DNA of 24,710 nucleotides from Chlamydiia bacterium (GTDB lineage Bacteria; Chlamydiota; Chlamydiia; Chlamydiales; 2-12-FULL-49-11): NCBI GenBank assembly GCA_044359535.1, contig JBIKLZ010000013.1, positions 1 to 24,710 of the forward strand, read 5' to 3'. Shown piece by piece: positions 16,084 to 24,710 of this stretch (position 1 is its first letter; each line of letters starts with the position of its first letter). The notes under the pieces were generated by a model. It saw only the letters and a program-made list of their open reading frames with translations, ran no database searches and was not told where the DNA came from. The position numbers and the translations under genes were made by a program.

Positions 16084-16145
16084 CAAACCCTTTAAAAAGC
16101 AATAGGTTGATCCGTTCTAAATTGCCCTTATTTCGATGTGCTCAT

Positions 16146-17594
16146 CTATTTTTTTCCGATTTGGTTACACATCCCACTAAAAATAAATAAATGAATTGGA
16201 AAAAGAAGGTACCAGTAGAGTCGCCCCAACAATCCTTTAGGTCTAAATGTCGCGGTTTGAAGAATTTCTGTTTTTCCTTCAACCTCTTTTATTTTCCACT
16301 CAAGCCACGCCTCTCCAGGCAATCGCATTTCTGCGTAAAGGAGGAGTTTTCCCCCTTCTTTATCAGAAAGAATGACCCTCCAAAAATCAAGAGCGTCCCC
16401 TTTTTCAAGTTCTGTAGGGCTTTTTCTCCCCCTTCTAAGACCAACGCCACCAGCAATTTTATCAAGTCCACCTCGTATTTTCCAAGCCCAGTTCATGTAG
16501 TACCAACCCCTTTTCCCGCCAATTGACCACAATTTAACAACGATATCTTTTTTGGGGGTTGTAAATAATTTCCTTTGGATATTTTTTAAACATCCATAGG
16601 TTGGGACATGAATGTAATCATCAAAATAGGGTTTAACCTTACTTGTATTCAAAGCATCCTTCCAAGATGAAAGGACGTGGTTTTGCTCTATACGGTCAAA
16701 AGCTCTTTTGATTGTTTCTTCATATCGAAGGCATTGATGAGGAAGTATTCTTTTAATATTATCATTATGACAAATAGCATCCTTTTTTAAGCTTTGAACC
16801 AATCGTTTAGCAATATAAAGATTTGTGGAGGTGACAAAATATAGCCATAAAGAGGATAGGTGTGGTGTTAAAAAAGGGACTGAAATAATCCATCTTTTTA
16901 AACCACGCACCTTTGCAAACCTATACAACATCTCTTTATAGGTTAAAACATCTTCTCCACCGATTTCTAATTGCTGACTGTCCACATCTACATCATGAAT
17001 ATTTTCTAAATAATAGAGAACATCCTCTATGCCTATGGGTTGACATTTTGAGCTCACCCATTTTGGTGCAATCATCACAGGCAATTTTTCAACTAAATCC
17101 CTCATAATTTCAAATGAAGCACTTCCAGATCCAATAATAATCCCTGCTTGAAAATTAATCACAGGGACCTTCCCTTCATTTAACACCTTTCCCACTCGAT
17201 CCCTTGATTTCATATGTTCTGACTCTGGATCATCCCCTGATAAGCCGCTTAGATAGACAATTTTTTCTGGACCTCGATTTTGCATTGCTTTTAAAAAATT
17301 TCTAGCTGATTTTTCCTCTAAATCATAAAAATTTTTCTTTTCACTTGAAAGGGAGTGCACTAAATAGTAGACACATGAGAGCCCCACTGGAATTTTCTCT
17401 AAACTCTTCTCATCTAATAAATCAGCTTCTATAATCTCTATATTTTTATGGATGCTTTCATGGAGGGTAAATCGATTCTTATCCCTCACCAAAGCAATAA
17501 CAAAAATCCCTTTTTCAGCAAGTCTATAGGCAAGTCGACTCCCTACATATCCATTAGCCCCTGCTATTAAAACTTTCTTTTCTGATTTTTCCAT
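16146..17594 (-). CDS. ybjT: Atypical SDR NAD(P)-binding protein with C-terminal DUF2867 (YbjT-like)
   Basis: GANGYVG Rossmann motif, YYLVHS, IVYLSGL, IIIGSGSASFEIMRDLVEKLP, QPI; C-terminal IGGKRGWY...GVGLRRG...GDALDFWRV...AEMRLPGEAWLE...FRPKGLLGRLYWY. Confidence 0.88.
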   Translation of the reverse strand: MEKSEKKVLIAGANGYVGSRLAYRLAEKGIFVIALVRDKNRFTLHESIHKNIEIIEADLLDEKSLEKIPVGLSCVYYLVHSLSSEKKNFYDLEEKSARNFLKAMQNRGPEKIVYLSGLSGDDPESEHMKSRDRVGKVLNEGKVPVINFQAGIIIGSGSASFEIMRDLVEKLPVMIAPKWVSSKCQPIGIEDVLYYLENIHDVDVDSQQLEIGGEDVLTYKEMLYRFAKVRGLKRWIISVPFLTPHLSSLWLYFVTSTNLYIAKRLVQSLKKDAICHNDNIKRILPHQCLRYEETIKRAFDRIEQNHVLSSWKDALNTSKVKPYFDDYIHVPTYGCLKNIQRKLFTTPKKDIVVKLWSIGGKRGWYYMNWAWKIRGGLDKIAGGVGLRRGRKSPTELEKGDALDFWRVILSDKEGGKLLLYAEMRLPGEAWLEWKIKEVEGKTEILQTATFRPKGLLGRLYWYLLFPIHLFIFSGMCNQIGKK

Positions 17595-17596
17595 CT

Positions 17597-18352
17597 TTAT
17601 CTCTTTTTAAACCATGGGACAAATGCACTTGTTGTCCTTTGGTACTCCTTATACCCTTCTTTTTTAGAGGCCAGCAACTGCTTTTCTGTTGTTGGGATCC
17701 CAGTAACAAAAAGCAAAATATATAAAAGGGCCATTGGACTTATTAAACCTAAATATCCATAGGGAAGAAAGATTCCAAAAAAAGTGACTCCACACCAGTA
17801 AATCCATTCGAAAAAATAATTCGGATGACGGGAGTAGTTCCATAAACCCTTATCACAGACTTTCCCAAGATGTTCTTTTTTTGCTTTAAAAAGCTGAAGT
17901 TGCAGATCTGAGGTGATCACCCCTAAAAGCCCTATAGACATGACACATATGGAAATCACCGCCCATCCAATAGCTATTTCTTTGGGGGTTGTTAAAATAT
18001 AGATTGGAAGTGTTAGAATAACTAAAGAGATTCCCTGAAACATAAAAAAGAAAAAATACTTCTTTTTTTTCTCTCCCTCAAAGCTTTTGTCTAATGTTTT
18101 ATACCTTTCATCCACCCCAAATCGGAGAATTCTATAGATAATTAATAGACCCAATCTTAAAGCCCATAAAAACATTAAAAAAAGGAGGATATACTTTATT
18201 CCAAATGGTATCTTTAAAAAGTAAACAACTGTGACCCCAAAAGCCCCAAAGGTCCACGCTAAATCGACAATGGTGGCATTTTTATAGCGTAAATAGATAA
18301 CATAGGCAAGCCCCATCCACACTATTGAAAAGATAAACGCACTAAAAATCAT
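17597..18352 (-). CDS. DUF1295 family membrane protein (steroid 5-alpha-reductase-like)
   Basis: NATIVDLAW, WALRLG, DERY, SDLQLQLFK, GLWNYSRHPNYFFEW, TGIP-x2-E, Y-x2-YQ-x2-TSAFVPW; multiple TM helices. Confidence 0.9.
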   Translation of the reverse strand: MIFSAFIFSIVWMGLAYVIYLRYKNATIVDLAWTFGAFGVTVVYFLKIPFGIKYILLFLMFLWALRLGLLIIYRILRFGVDERYKTLDKSFEGEKKKKYFFFFMFQGISLVILTLPIYILTTPKEIAIGWAVISICVMSIGLLGVITSDLQLQLFKAKKEHLGKVCDKGLWNYSRHPNYFFEWIYWCGVTFFGIFLPYGYLGLISPMALLYILLFVTGIPTTEKQLLASKKEGYKEYQRTTSAFVPWFKKR

Positions 18353-18353
18353 T

Positions 18354-21300
18354 TTAAAACTCCTTGATTAAGGTTAGCATCACCTCGTTAAAAATGTATT
18401 GAGGACCAAATTGTCCGTGATAACCTAAAGTCACACCCATATCCCTTTCTTCTGTGGGTTGAACTAAGAAAGTAAACCCGATAGAGGCTAAATTTTGACT
18501 CTCTGATAAAGAGGCTAGAGAAACTGTTTGAGGGATTCCAACAAGGGCTGCTGTGATATTGCCTATTTCAAAAGGGACTTGATTGACAAATGCCATCTCC
18601 TCTTTGAAACTTACGGCTATAGAAGGATTTTCAACTTGTTGAAGGAATCGAATCCCAACCTCTGTTTGAAGCATTGAAGAGGTTTGCCTCTGTACCTTCA
18701 TATTTAAATTTCCCCCGTTTGTTTCTAAATATTCTCCCTGCCAATTAAAGACATAATCTAAAGCAAGATAGGGTTCAAGATAGGTATAAGGGTTACTAAA
18801 CATCACCATAGCCTCAATATGGGGCGCTATTTGCCACCCATGAACATCTGAATGGGCGGTTCTATACAACGTGGCATAGGCAATATTTCTATCATTTTCT
18901 ATTTGGTTCCCCCCACCCCAAATAGCCCCTTCTAAAGAAATATTTTCCCAAGAATAATAACCATACAAAGAACCCATCCAATCATAGATAGTAGATTGAC
19001 CCATACCCTCATCTATAGTTACTAAAGATCCCGCAAAAGCAAAAGCCCCTCCAAAAAGCCAGTTGTCAACACTTTTATAATCTAATCCTACAAGGATTCC
19101 TTGAGAGGTAAAATCAAAAGGAGCGTTTTGACTCTCTGCCTGTTGACGAGCAAAATCACCAAAACCTGTGATCCAGAAATCAACTCCTGATTGACATTTC
19201 TTTAAACTTTTTTTACATTGCACTTCCACAATGGAAGCCTCTAAACTATCTTGATTCCATCCTTGAGTGAGTAACTTAGGACTGACCTCCGAAAGAGAAA
19301 AACGTTTTCCTCCAAGATAATTATTTAATAGATGGCTAAATGAAAATAACGTCTGGGTAATAACGTAGGTTCCAAAGACATTTCTTGCTGGGGAGGCACT
19401 ATTTATGCCATTTACAAGAGCTTCTCCAGAAAGACTTGCTAATAAATTAAACTCTAAAGAACGGGAAGCGCTCTCATTTAAATAGTTTGCAAACAACAAC
19501 ATATTGCCCGTTAATCCATAGGTGTTAATCCCTGTGTTTATATAGTTTATAAAAACACTATTTGCCGTACTGTAATCAAACGAAAAATCTAAATTTGAAA
19601 AGGCGCCAGTAATTACTGGATCAAATTGCCCTGTTAAACTTCCAGCAGTAAGTATTTCATACCTTCCACTATTTCCATAAGCCCCTGGCTGCTGGATTAA
19701 ATTTACTGTTCCATTAATATCAGCAAGCCCTGTAACATCGATCACAGAGCTTTCTAGCGGATCTAACTCAATATTTGTAATTGCTCCCCCTTCAAGAGAA
19801 AGCGTTCCAAGGGTAATTGTTCCAATTGAATTTCCTGGAGTAATAGATCCACCATCATTAATAGTGACATCGCTTGTTACAGTTCCTGTTCCCTTAAGAT
19901 TTGCCCCATCTTGAACAGTGACATCCCCATCATGGGTTCCATTGACTGTTAAAGTTCCATCGGTTACAGACATATCTCCAGTAAAGGTTCCCCCACTTCC
20001 AAGGACAAAATTTCCACCGCCAGCCTTAGTTGTCCCCCCTGATGCTCCAGTAATATCACCGGAAAGCCCCCCTGTTGATGAAGATTCTACACTAAGGGTT
20101 CCTGATGCCCCCGTCATTGTTACTGTGTTAGGGGCTAAAATACCATCCCCTACACCCAAAGTTGTCCCATTTTGCATGGTGAGTGTGTTGCCACTACCAA
20201 GACCTGCGTTATTTTCAAGGGTAATTTGCCCTTCTTCAATAGTCACTCCACCATTGTGTTGGTTATTGCCCGATAACACCAAAGTGCCCACCCCTGTTTT
20301 TATAATGGTCCCAGGATTAGATGGAGACTCTCCTATTAAATAAGCTGTACCGCTACGGACACTAATTGTAGCACTCCCTGAAGGGATATATATGGGATTT
20401 AATACTTCTAAGTCACTTCTTATTGCAAGGGTGGTTCCAGATTGTAATGTCAATGTACCGGTTCCAAGACCTGTACTATTTTCTAAATCAATTTGGCCTG
20501 ATGAAACAGTTGTTCCCCCTGTATGTTGATTTGCCCCTGATAGAACTAAAATTCCGTTCCCTATCTTTGTTAAAATTCCTGAAGTACTTGCTGTGGCGCC
20601 AGATAGTGTCGCTGTTTGGGAATTTCCCACACTGACAGAAAGAGTTTGACTATTAGCAATATTGATTGGATTGGAAGCTGTGATATTATTAATCAATCCA
20701 AGGCTTGCTGAACCTTGAACTGCCAAGGTCCCACTTCCAAGGCCGTGATTATTTTGCAATGAAATTGTCCCTTCAGAAAGAACTGTACCGCCGGTATGCT
20801 GATTTGATTGCGACAAGGCTAAATTTCCACCCCCTATTTTTTTTAAAACTCCATTTGTGTTTTGAATCACTCCATATAAATTGGTGGCTGTTCCTGTTGC
20901 TACACTAAACGATGCAGTGGCTAAAGATTCAATTCTTATTTCATTTGAAATACTTACTCCACCTAAGGATAAAATGGTGTTATTTGACATTTCTAAAAGC
21001 CCTGTTCCAAGACCTGCAGAATTTGCTAGAGTAATTTGTCCTGCACTTAAGGTCGTCCCACCTGAATAGGTATTTGCTGCAGAAAGTTCTAAAATACCAG
21101 CTCCTGTTTTTTCTAAGATAGCTCCACTTCCAGAAAGTATCCCTGTTAAAGAACTTGTTCCACTGCTTACATCGATTGTATTTGTTCCAGAAAGGGTGAT
21201 ATTATTTGAAGGAGCTATGCTTGCATTTAGAGCTAGGGTTGTCCCGTCACTCATGGAAAGAGCCCCTGTTCCAAGACCTAAACTGTTAGCTAAAGTAATT

Positions 21301-21752
21301 TGGCCTGCTGATAAATTTACCGCCCCTTGAAAAAAGTCACTTGTTCCCCCTAAAATTAACGTTCCCGCTCCTTCTTTTGTAATAGCTGCTGTTGATCCAG
21401 AAACTAAAGCTGAATTTAAGGTCATTATTCCAGTCGAACTCGTAAAAGTGGTTGTAACACCCGATTGTATTGTAATTTTTTGCGCTGTTGCAGGGCCAAT
21501 AATAAATCCATTGCCGTCATTTTGACCATTAATTGTATAACTTTGTGCAAGAGTAACTGTAATTGCAAGAGAAATTGTATAAGGGGAAGGGGTAGAAAAA
21601 ACAATTCCATCCGCCTGTCCCGTATTTGCTCGGCTTACCCCCTCTGCAAAAGATCCCGAAGTCTGTGTAGAGTCGTTATTTATAACTATATAGTCTGTTG
21701 CTTGTAAAGAAAGACTTAGACCAAAGTATAAAAACCAAACCCATTTTTTCAT
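18354..21752 (-). CDS. Autotransporter (type Va) with passenger-associated transport repeats
   Basis: Signal peptide MKKWVWFLYFGLSLSLQA; six K-x-G-x-G-x-[LF]-x-L repeat starts, four with N-x-[YH]-x-GG; PGNSIGTITLG junction; ~280-aa beta-barrel ending in Phe (LIKEF). Confidence 0.92.
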   Translation of the reverse strand: MKKWVWFLYFGLSLSLQATDYIVINNDSTQTSGSFAEGVSRANTGQADGIVFSTPSPYTISLAITVTLAQSYTINGQNDGNGFIIGPATAQKITIQSGVTTTFTSSTGIMTLNSALVSGSTAAITKEGAGTLILGGTSDFFQGAVNLSAGQITLANSLGLGTGALSMSDGTTLALNASIAPSNNITLSGTNTIDVSSGTSSLTGILSGSGAILEKTGAGILELSAANTYSGGTTLSAGQITLANSAGLGTGLLEMSNNTILSLGGVSISNEIRIESLATASFSVATGTATNLYGVIQNTNGVLKKIGGGNLALSQSNQHTGGTVLSEGTISLQNNHGLGSGTLAVQGSASLGLINNITASNPINIANSQTLSVSVGNSQTATLSGATASTSGILTKIGNGILVLSGANQHTGGTTVSSGQIDLENSTGLGTGTLTLQSGTTLAIRSDLEVLNPIYIPSGSATISVRSGTAYLIGESPSNPGTIIKTGVGTLVLSGNNQHNGGVTIEEGQITLENNAGLGSGNTLTMQNGTTLGVGDGILAPNTVTMTGASGTLSVESSSTGGLSGDITGASGGTTKAGGGNFVLGSGGTFTGDMSVTDGTLTVNGTHDGDVTVQDGANLKGTGTVTSDVTINDGGSITPGNSIGTITLGTLSLEGGAITNIELDPLESSVIDVTGLADINGTVNLIQQPGAYGNSGRYEILTAGSLTGQFDPVITGAFSNLDFSFDYSTANSVFINYINTGINTYGLTGNMLLFANYLNESASRSLEFNLLASLSGEALVNGINSASPARNVFGTYVITQTLFSFSHLLNNYLGGKRFSLSEVSPKLLTQGWNQDSLEASIVEVQCKKSLKKCQSGVDFWITGFGDFARQQAESQNAPFDFTSQGILVGLDYKSVDNWLFGGAFAFAGSLVTIDEGMGQSTIYDWMGSLYGYYSWENISLEGAIWGGGNQIENDRNIAYATLYRTAHSDVHGWQIAPHIEAMVMFSNPYTYLEPYLALDYVFNWQGEYLETNGGNLNMKVQRQTSSMLQTEVGIRFLQQVENPSIAVSFKEEMAFVNQVPFEIGNITAALVGIPQTVSLASLSESQNLASIGFTFLVQPTEERDMGVTLGYHGQFGPQYIFNEVMLTLIKEF
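19882..19991. repeat. 110-bp near-identical block, copy 1 (shared with 23307-23416)
   Basis: 62 nt identical (19882-19943 = 23307-23368), then 48 nt with 5 mismatches. Confidence 0.9.
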
Positions 21753-21772
21753 TTATTTTACCCACATTTACC

Positions 21773-24710
21773 TTAAAAACTTTTTGTAAGACTTAGTATC
21801 ACTTCATTAAAAGTGTACTGAGACCCAAATTCTCCTTCGTAACCTAAAGAAATTGTCACATCCCTAGATTTTCCAGGTTGAACAATGAAAGTAGCGCTTA
21901 CTGCAGCTAAGTTTTGAGTCTGACCTAATGAGGCTAAAGTCACACTTTCTCTAGCCCCAAATATCGCTGTTGTAATATCCCCAATCCCAAATGGAGTTCT
22001 GTTGATATAGCCCACCCCTTCTTTACAAAGAACCCTTACAAAGGCTTTTTCTGTCTCTTGAAACAAGCGAATCCCTAATTCAGTTTGAACCATGGATGAA
22101 TTGTTCTCATTTACATACATATTTAGATTTCCAGCACCTGTCTCTGTATAGTCATTTTGCCAATTCACTACATAGTCAACTGCAATATAGGGTTCAATAC
22201 CGATATGTTTATCATTAAAAGAGGCAAGAAGTTCAATATGAGGGGCTATTTGCCATCCATTAATTGTCGCACTTGCTGTTTTATTTACCCCTGGATATGC
22301 AATGATTCTTTGATTTTTAACTTGATTGTATCCCCCCCAACAAGTGGCTTGAACAGCAATATTTTTCCATGCATAATAGCCATAGATAGACCCAAGAAAG
22401 TAGTTTACATTAGCCTCACCCATATTCATATCAATATTCATTTGGGAGTTTGCATACCCAAAAGCTATTCCTAAAAGAAGTTTTTCAAGAGTTGTATAAT
22501 CAAAGCCTATTAAAAGCCCTTGAGAATTGAAATCAAAAGGGGCATTTTGACTCTCTGCCTTTTGATGGGCAAAATCACCAAAGCCCCTTATCCAAAGATC
22601 CCAAGAAGCCTTGTTCTCACTTTGTCCTTTTTTACACTCCATTTCTCGCTGTGAAGAAATAAAGCGATCTTTTTCAAAAAGATGAGCTACAGATATAGCC
22701 TCTTTATTAGAATTCACCCATCGCTTTTCTCCAAGATAGCCATTTAAAATATGGTTAAAAGAAAAAAGTGTTTGGGTAATGACGTAGGTTCCAAAAACAT
22801 TTCTTGCTGGAGAGGCACTGTTGATCGCATTATATAATTCAACCCCTGAAAGATCTACAAGAGCTTGATATTCTAAGGAATCAGGAGCAAATTCATTTAA
22901 ATAATTTGCAAAAGTGAAAATATTACCATACAATTGCGTGGTATCAATTGTTGTGCTCCCTTCATTTGAATATCCAATGAAAATGCTATTTCCCACCTGG
23001 GAGATAACAAAATTGAAGTGGGGAAGAGCCCCTGTAACAACAGAATTAAAGGCGCCAGATATACTGCCAGCTCTAAGAATTTCATAGGAGCCACTTGCGC
23101 CATAAGAGCCTGGGTTTTGAATGAGGTTTACTGTTCCATTAAGAGTTGCTGCTCCAGTTACATCAATTAATGAACTATTTGATGGATCTAATTCAATATG
23201 GGTCACAGAAGAAGAGTTTAAAGTTAAAGTGCCTAAAGTAATTGTTCCAATTGAATTCCCAGGGGTAATGCTTGCTCCATTGGCAATAGTTACATCATTA
23301 TTTATCGTTCCTGTTCCCTTAAGATTTGCCCCATCTTGAACAGTGACATCCCCATCATGGGTTCCATTCACTGTGTAGGTTCCATCGGTTATAGACATAT
23401 CTCCAGTAAAGGTTCCAGTATCTGTGATCAAAAGATTTCCAGAGCCCTCCTTGGTTGTCCCACTTGATGCCCCGGCAATAGCTCCAGAAAGGCCCCCTGT
23501 TCCTGTGTCAACAATTAATGAACCGCTACTTCCTATCATATCAATATCATTTGGAGCTGTGATTGTATTTCCCAAAGCTAAAGCGGTTGCATCATCCATT
23601 GTTAAAGTATTGGCTGTACCTAATCCATCGGCATTTTGCAATGTAATTTGCCCTTCTAAAAGAACCACCCCATTTGTATGTTGATTATCTCCAGATAAAA
23701 TTAAAGTCCCCGCCCCTGTCTTTTCAAGAGTGGCAGATGTACTTATCGTTGCCCCAGAAAAAGTTGCTGTACCACTGCGAACACTGATTGTAGCTGTTCC
23801 CGATGGAATGTTTATAAAATTTGACGCATTGATATCTTCTTTAATCACAAAAAGGGTTCCATTCTCTAACGTTAATGTCCCTGTCCCTAAGCCGCTGTTA
23901 TTTTCTAAAACAATTTCTCCAGCAGTTAAAATTGTTCCCCCGCTATGCTGATTTGAGCCTAACAAAACTAAGGCCCCAGAGCCTATTTTTTCTAAAACTC
24001 CTGAGTTATTTGCTGTTGCCCCCGATAAAGTGGCCCTTTCTCCAGTGGCTACATTAATGAGCGCTGTTCCAAGAAGGGTCATATTGTTTGATGCCGAAAT
24101 CGTGTTATTCATCAAAAGGGTTGTTGTATCTGCCATGGTAAAGGTTCCAAGACCTAATCCTGAATTATTTGCTAAGGTAATTTGACCCGCACTTAAGGTT
24201 GTTCCCCCTGAATAGGTGTTTGATGAAGATAATAATAAAGTACCAGAGCCACTTTTTGTTAAAGCACTTGATCCAGAAATGGCCCCTGATAGGGTTGCTG
24301 TGCCACTACTTACATTTACAGTAGCACTTCCCCCAAGGCTTATTGAATTTGACAAATTAATTCCACTATTTAAGGCAAGGGTTGTTGAAGCTGCCATTGA
24401 GAGAGACCCACTTCCAAGAGCTCCATTGTTACCTACAGTAATTTGTCCAGCACTTAATGTTGTTCCTCCTGAGTAACTATCCGATAGTGATAATAATAAG
24501 GTTCCATTTCCTGTCTTCCCCAAGGTTCCTGACCCTGTTGTTGTCTGTCCTAAAGTGGCTGTGCCACTATTTACATTTATAGTACTTGTTCCAGAAATGG
24601 TAATTAGATTAGGTAGAGTCATTCCACTTCCTAAAGAAAGAATTGTTCCATCACTCATATCAAGAGCTCCTGTTCCAAGACCCGCAGCATTTGCTAAAGT
24701 AATTTGGCCT
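21773..24710 (-). CDS. Second PATR-type autotransporter, tandem paralogue; 5' end outside the window
   Basis: The frame stays open past the track's ATG 24658 to the window edge (GQITLANAAGLGTGALDM). Same repeats, PGNSIGTITLG, SASPARNVFGTYVITQTLFSF linker and barrel ending LTKSF. Confidence 0.92.
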   Translation of the reverse strand, partial: GQITLANAAGLGTGALDMSDGTILSLGSGMTLPNLITISGTSTINVNSGTATLGQTTTGSGTLGKTGNGTLLLSLSDSYSGGTTLSAGQITVGNNGALGSGSLSMAASTTLALNSGINLSNSISLGGSATVNVSSGTATLSGAISGSSALTKSGSGTLLLSSSNTYSGGTTLSAGQITLANNSGLGLGTFTMADTTTLLMNNTISASNNMTLLGTALINVATGERATLSGATANNSGVLEKIGSGALVLLGSNQHSGGTILTAGEIVLENNSGLGTGTLTLENGTLFVIKEDINASNFINIPSGTATISVRSGTATFSGATISTSATLEKTGAGTLILSGDNQHTNGVVLLEGQITLQNADGLGTANTLTMDDATALALGNTITAPNDIDMIGSSGSLIVDTGTGGLSGAIAGASSGTTKEGSGNLLITDTGTFTGDMSITDGTYTVNGTHDGDVTVQDGANLKGTGTINNDVTIANGASITPGNSIGTITLGTLTLNSSSVTHIELDPSNSSLIDVTGAATLNGTVNLIQNPGSYGASGSYEILRAGSISGAFNSVVTGALPHFNFVISQVGNSIFIGYSNEGSTTIDTTQLYGNIFTFANYLNEFAPDSLEYQALVDLSGVELYNAINSASPARNVFGTYVITQTLFSFNHILNGYLGEKRWVNSNKEAISVAHLFEKDRFISSQREMECKKGQSENKASWDLWIRGFGDFAHQKAESQNAPFDFNSQGLLIGFDYTTLEKLLLGIAFGYANSQMNIDMNMGEANVNYFLGSIYGYYAWKNIAVQATCWGGYNQVKNQRIIAYPGVNKTASATINGWQIAPHIELLASFNDKHIGIEPYIAVDYVVNWQNDYTETGAGNLNMYVNENNSSMVQTELGIRLFQETEKAFVRVLCKEGVGYINRTPFGIGDITTAIFGARESVTLASLGQTQNLAAVSATFIVQPGKSRDVTISLGYEGEFGSQYTFNEVILSLTKSF
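23307..23416. repeat. 110-bp near-identical block, copy 2 (shared with 19882-19991)
   Basis: Direct comparison by eye gives 105/110 identical. Confidence 0.9.

Noticed and set aside
19918-24476. Many short plus-strand Val/Pro-rich ORFs over the autotransporters
   Set aside because: Antisense shadows of Gly/Thr-rich repeat codons.
1-24710. CRISPR array, tRNA/rRNA, IS element or integrase
   Set aside because: No regularly spaced identical repeats with unique spacers, no tRNA or rRNA signatures and no transposase or recombinase motifs seen; the longer repeats are all intragenic.

Overview
AT-rich bacterial chromosome segment, most likely from an environmental member of Chlamydiota. This is inferred from the CT021-like/long lepB/ileS arrangement, the IleRS2-type ileS and an Inc-type bilobed membrane protein. 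Left arm: a degenerate nicotinate phosphoribosyltransferase-like gene missed by the ORF track (runs off the left edge), two small secreted coiled-coil paralogues, a CT021-like gene, lepB and a convergent ileS. Middle: a putative host-interaction region with a membrane-anchored RING-H2-variant protein, a 1066-aa protein built from an unrecognised helical repeat plus NLS-like basic patches, a frameshifted tag remnant, an Uup-like ABC-F ATPase, an Inc-like protein and a small TM protein. Right arm: a ybjT-like SDR/DUF2867 gene, a DUF1295 gene and two tandem PATR-type autotransporters, the second truncated by the window. Top candidate: the Inc-like protein at 14386-15342, whose predicted cytosolic tail runs polyproline repeats > WH2-like > Central-like > acidic-Trp. 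That is the order of a WASP/WAVE-type Arp2/3 activator, here apparently anchored in the inclusion membrane. All homologies are by eye; no searches were run. No rRNA, tRNA, CRISPR array or transposase was seen.
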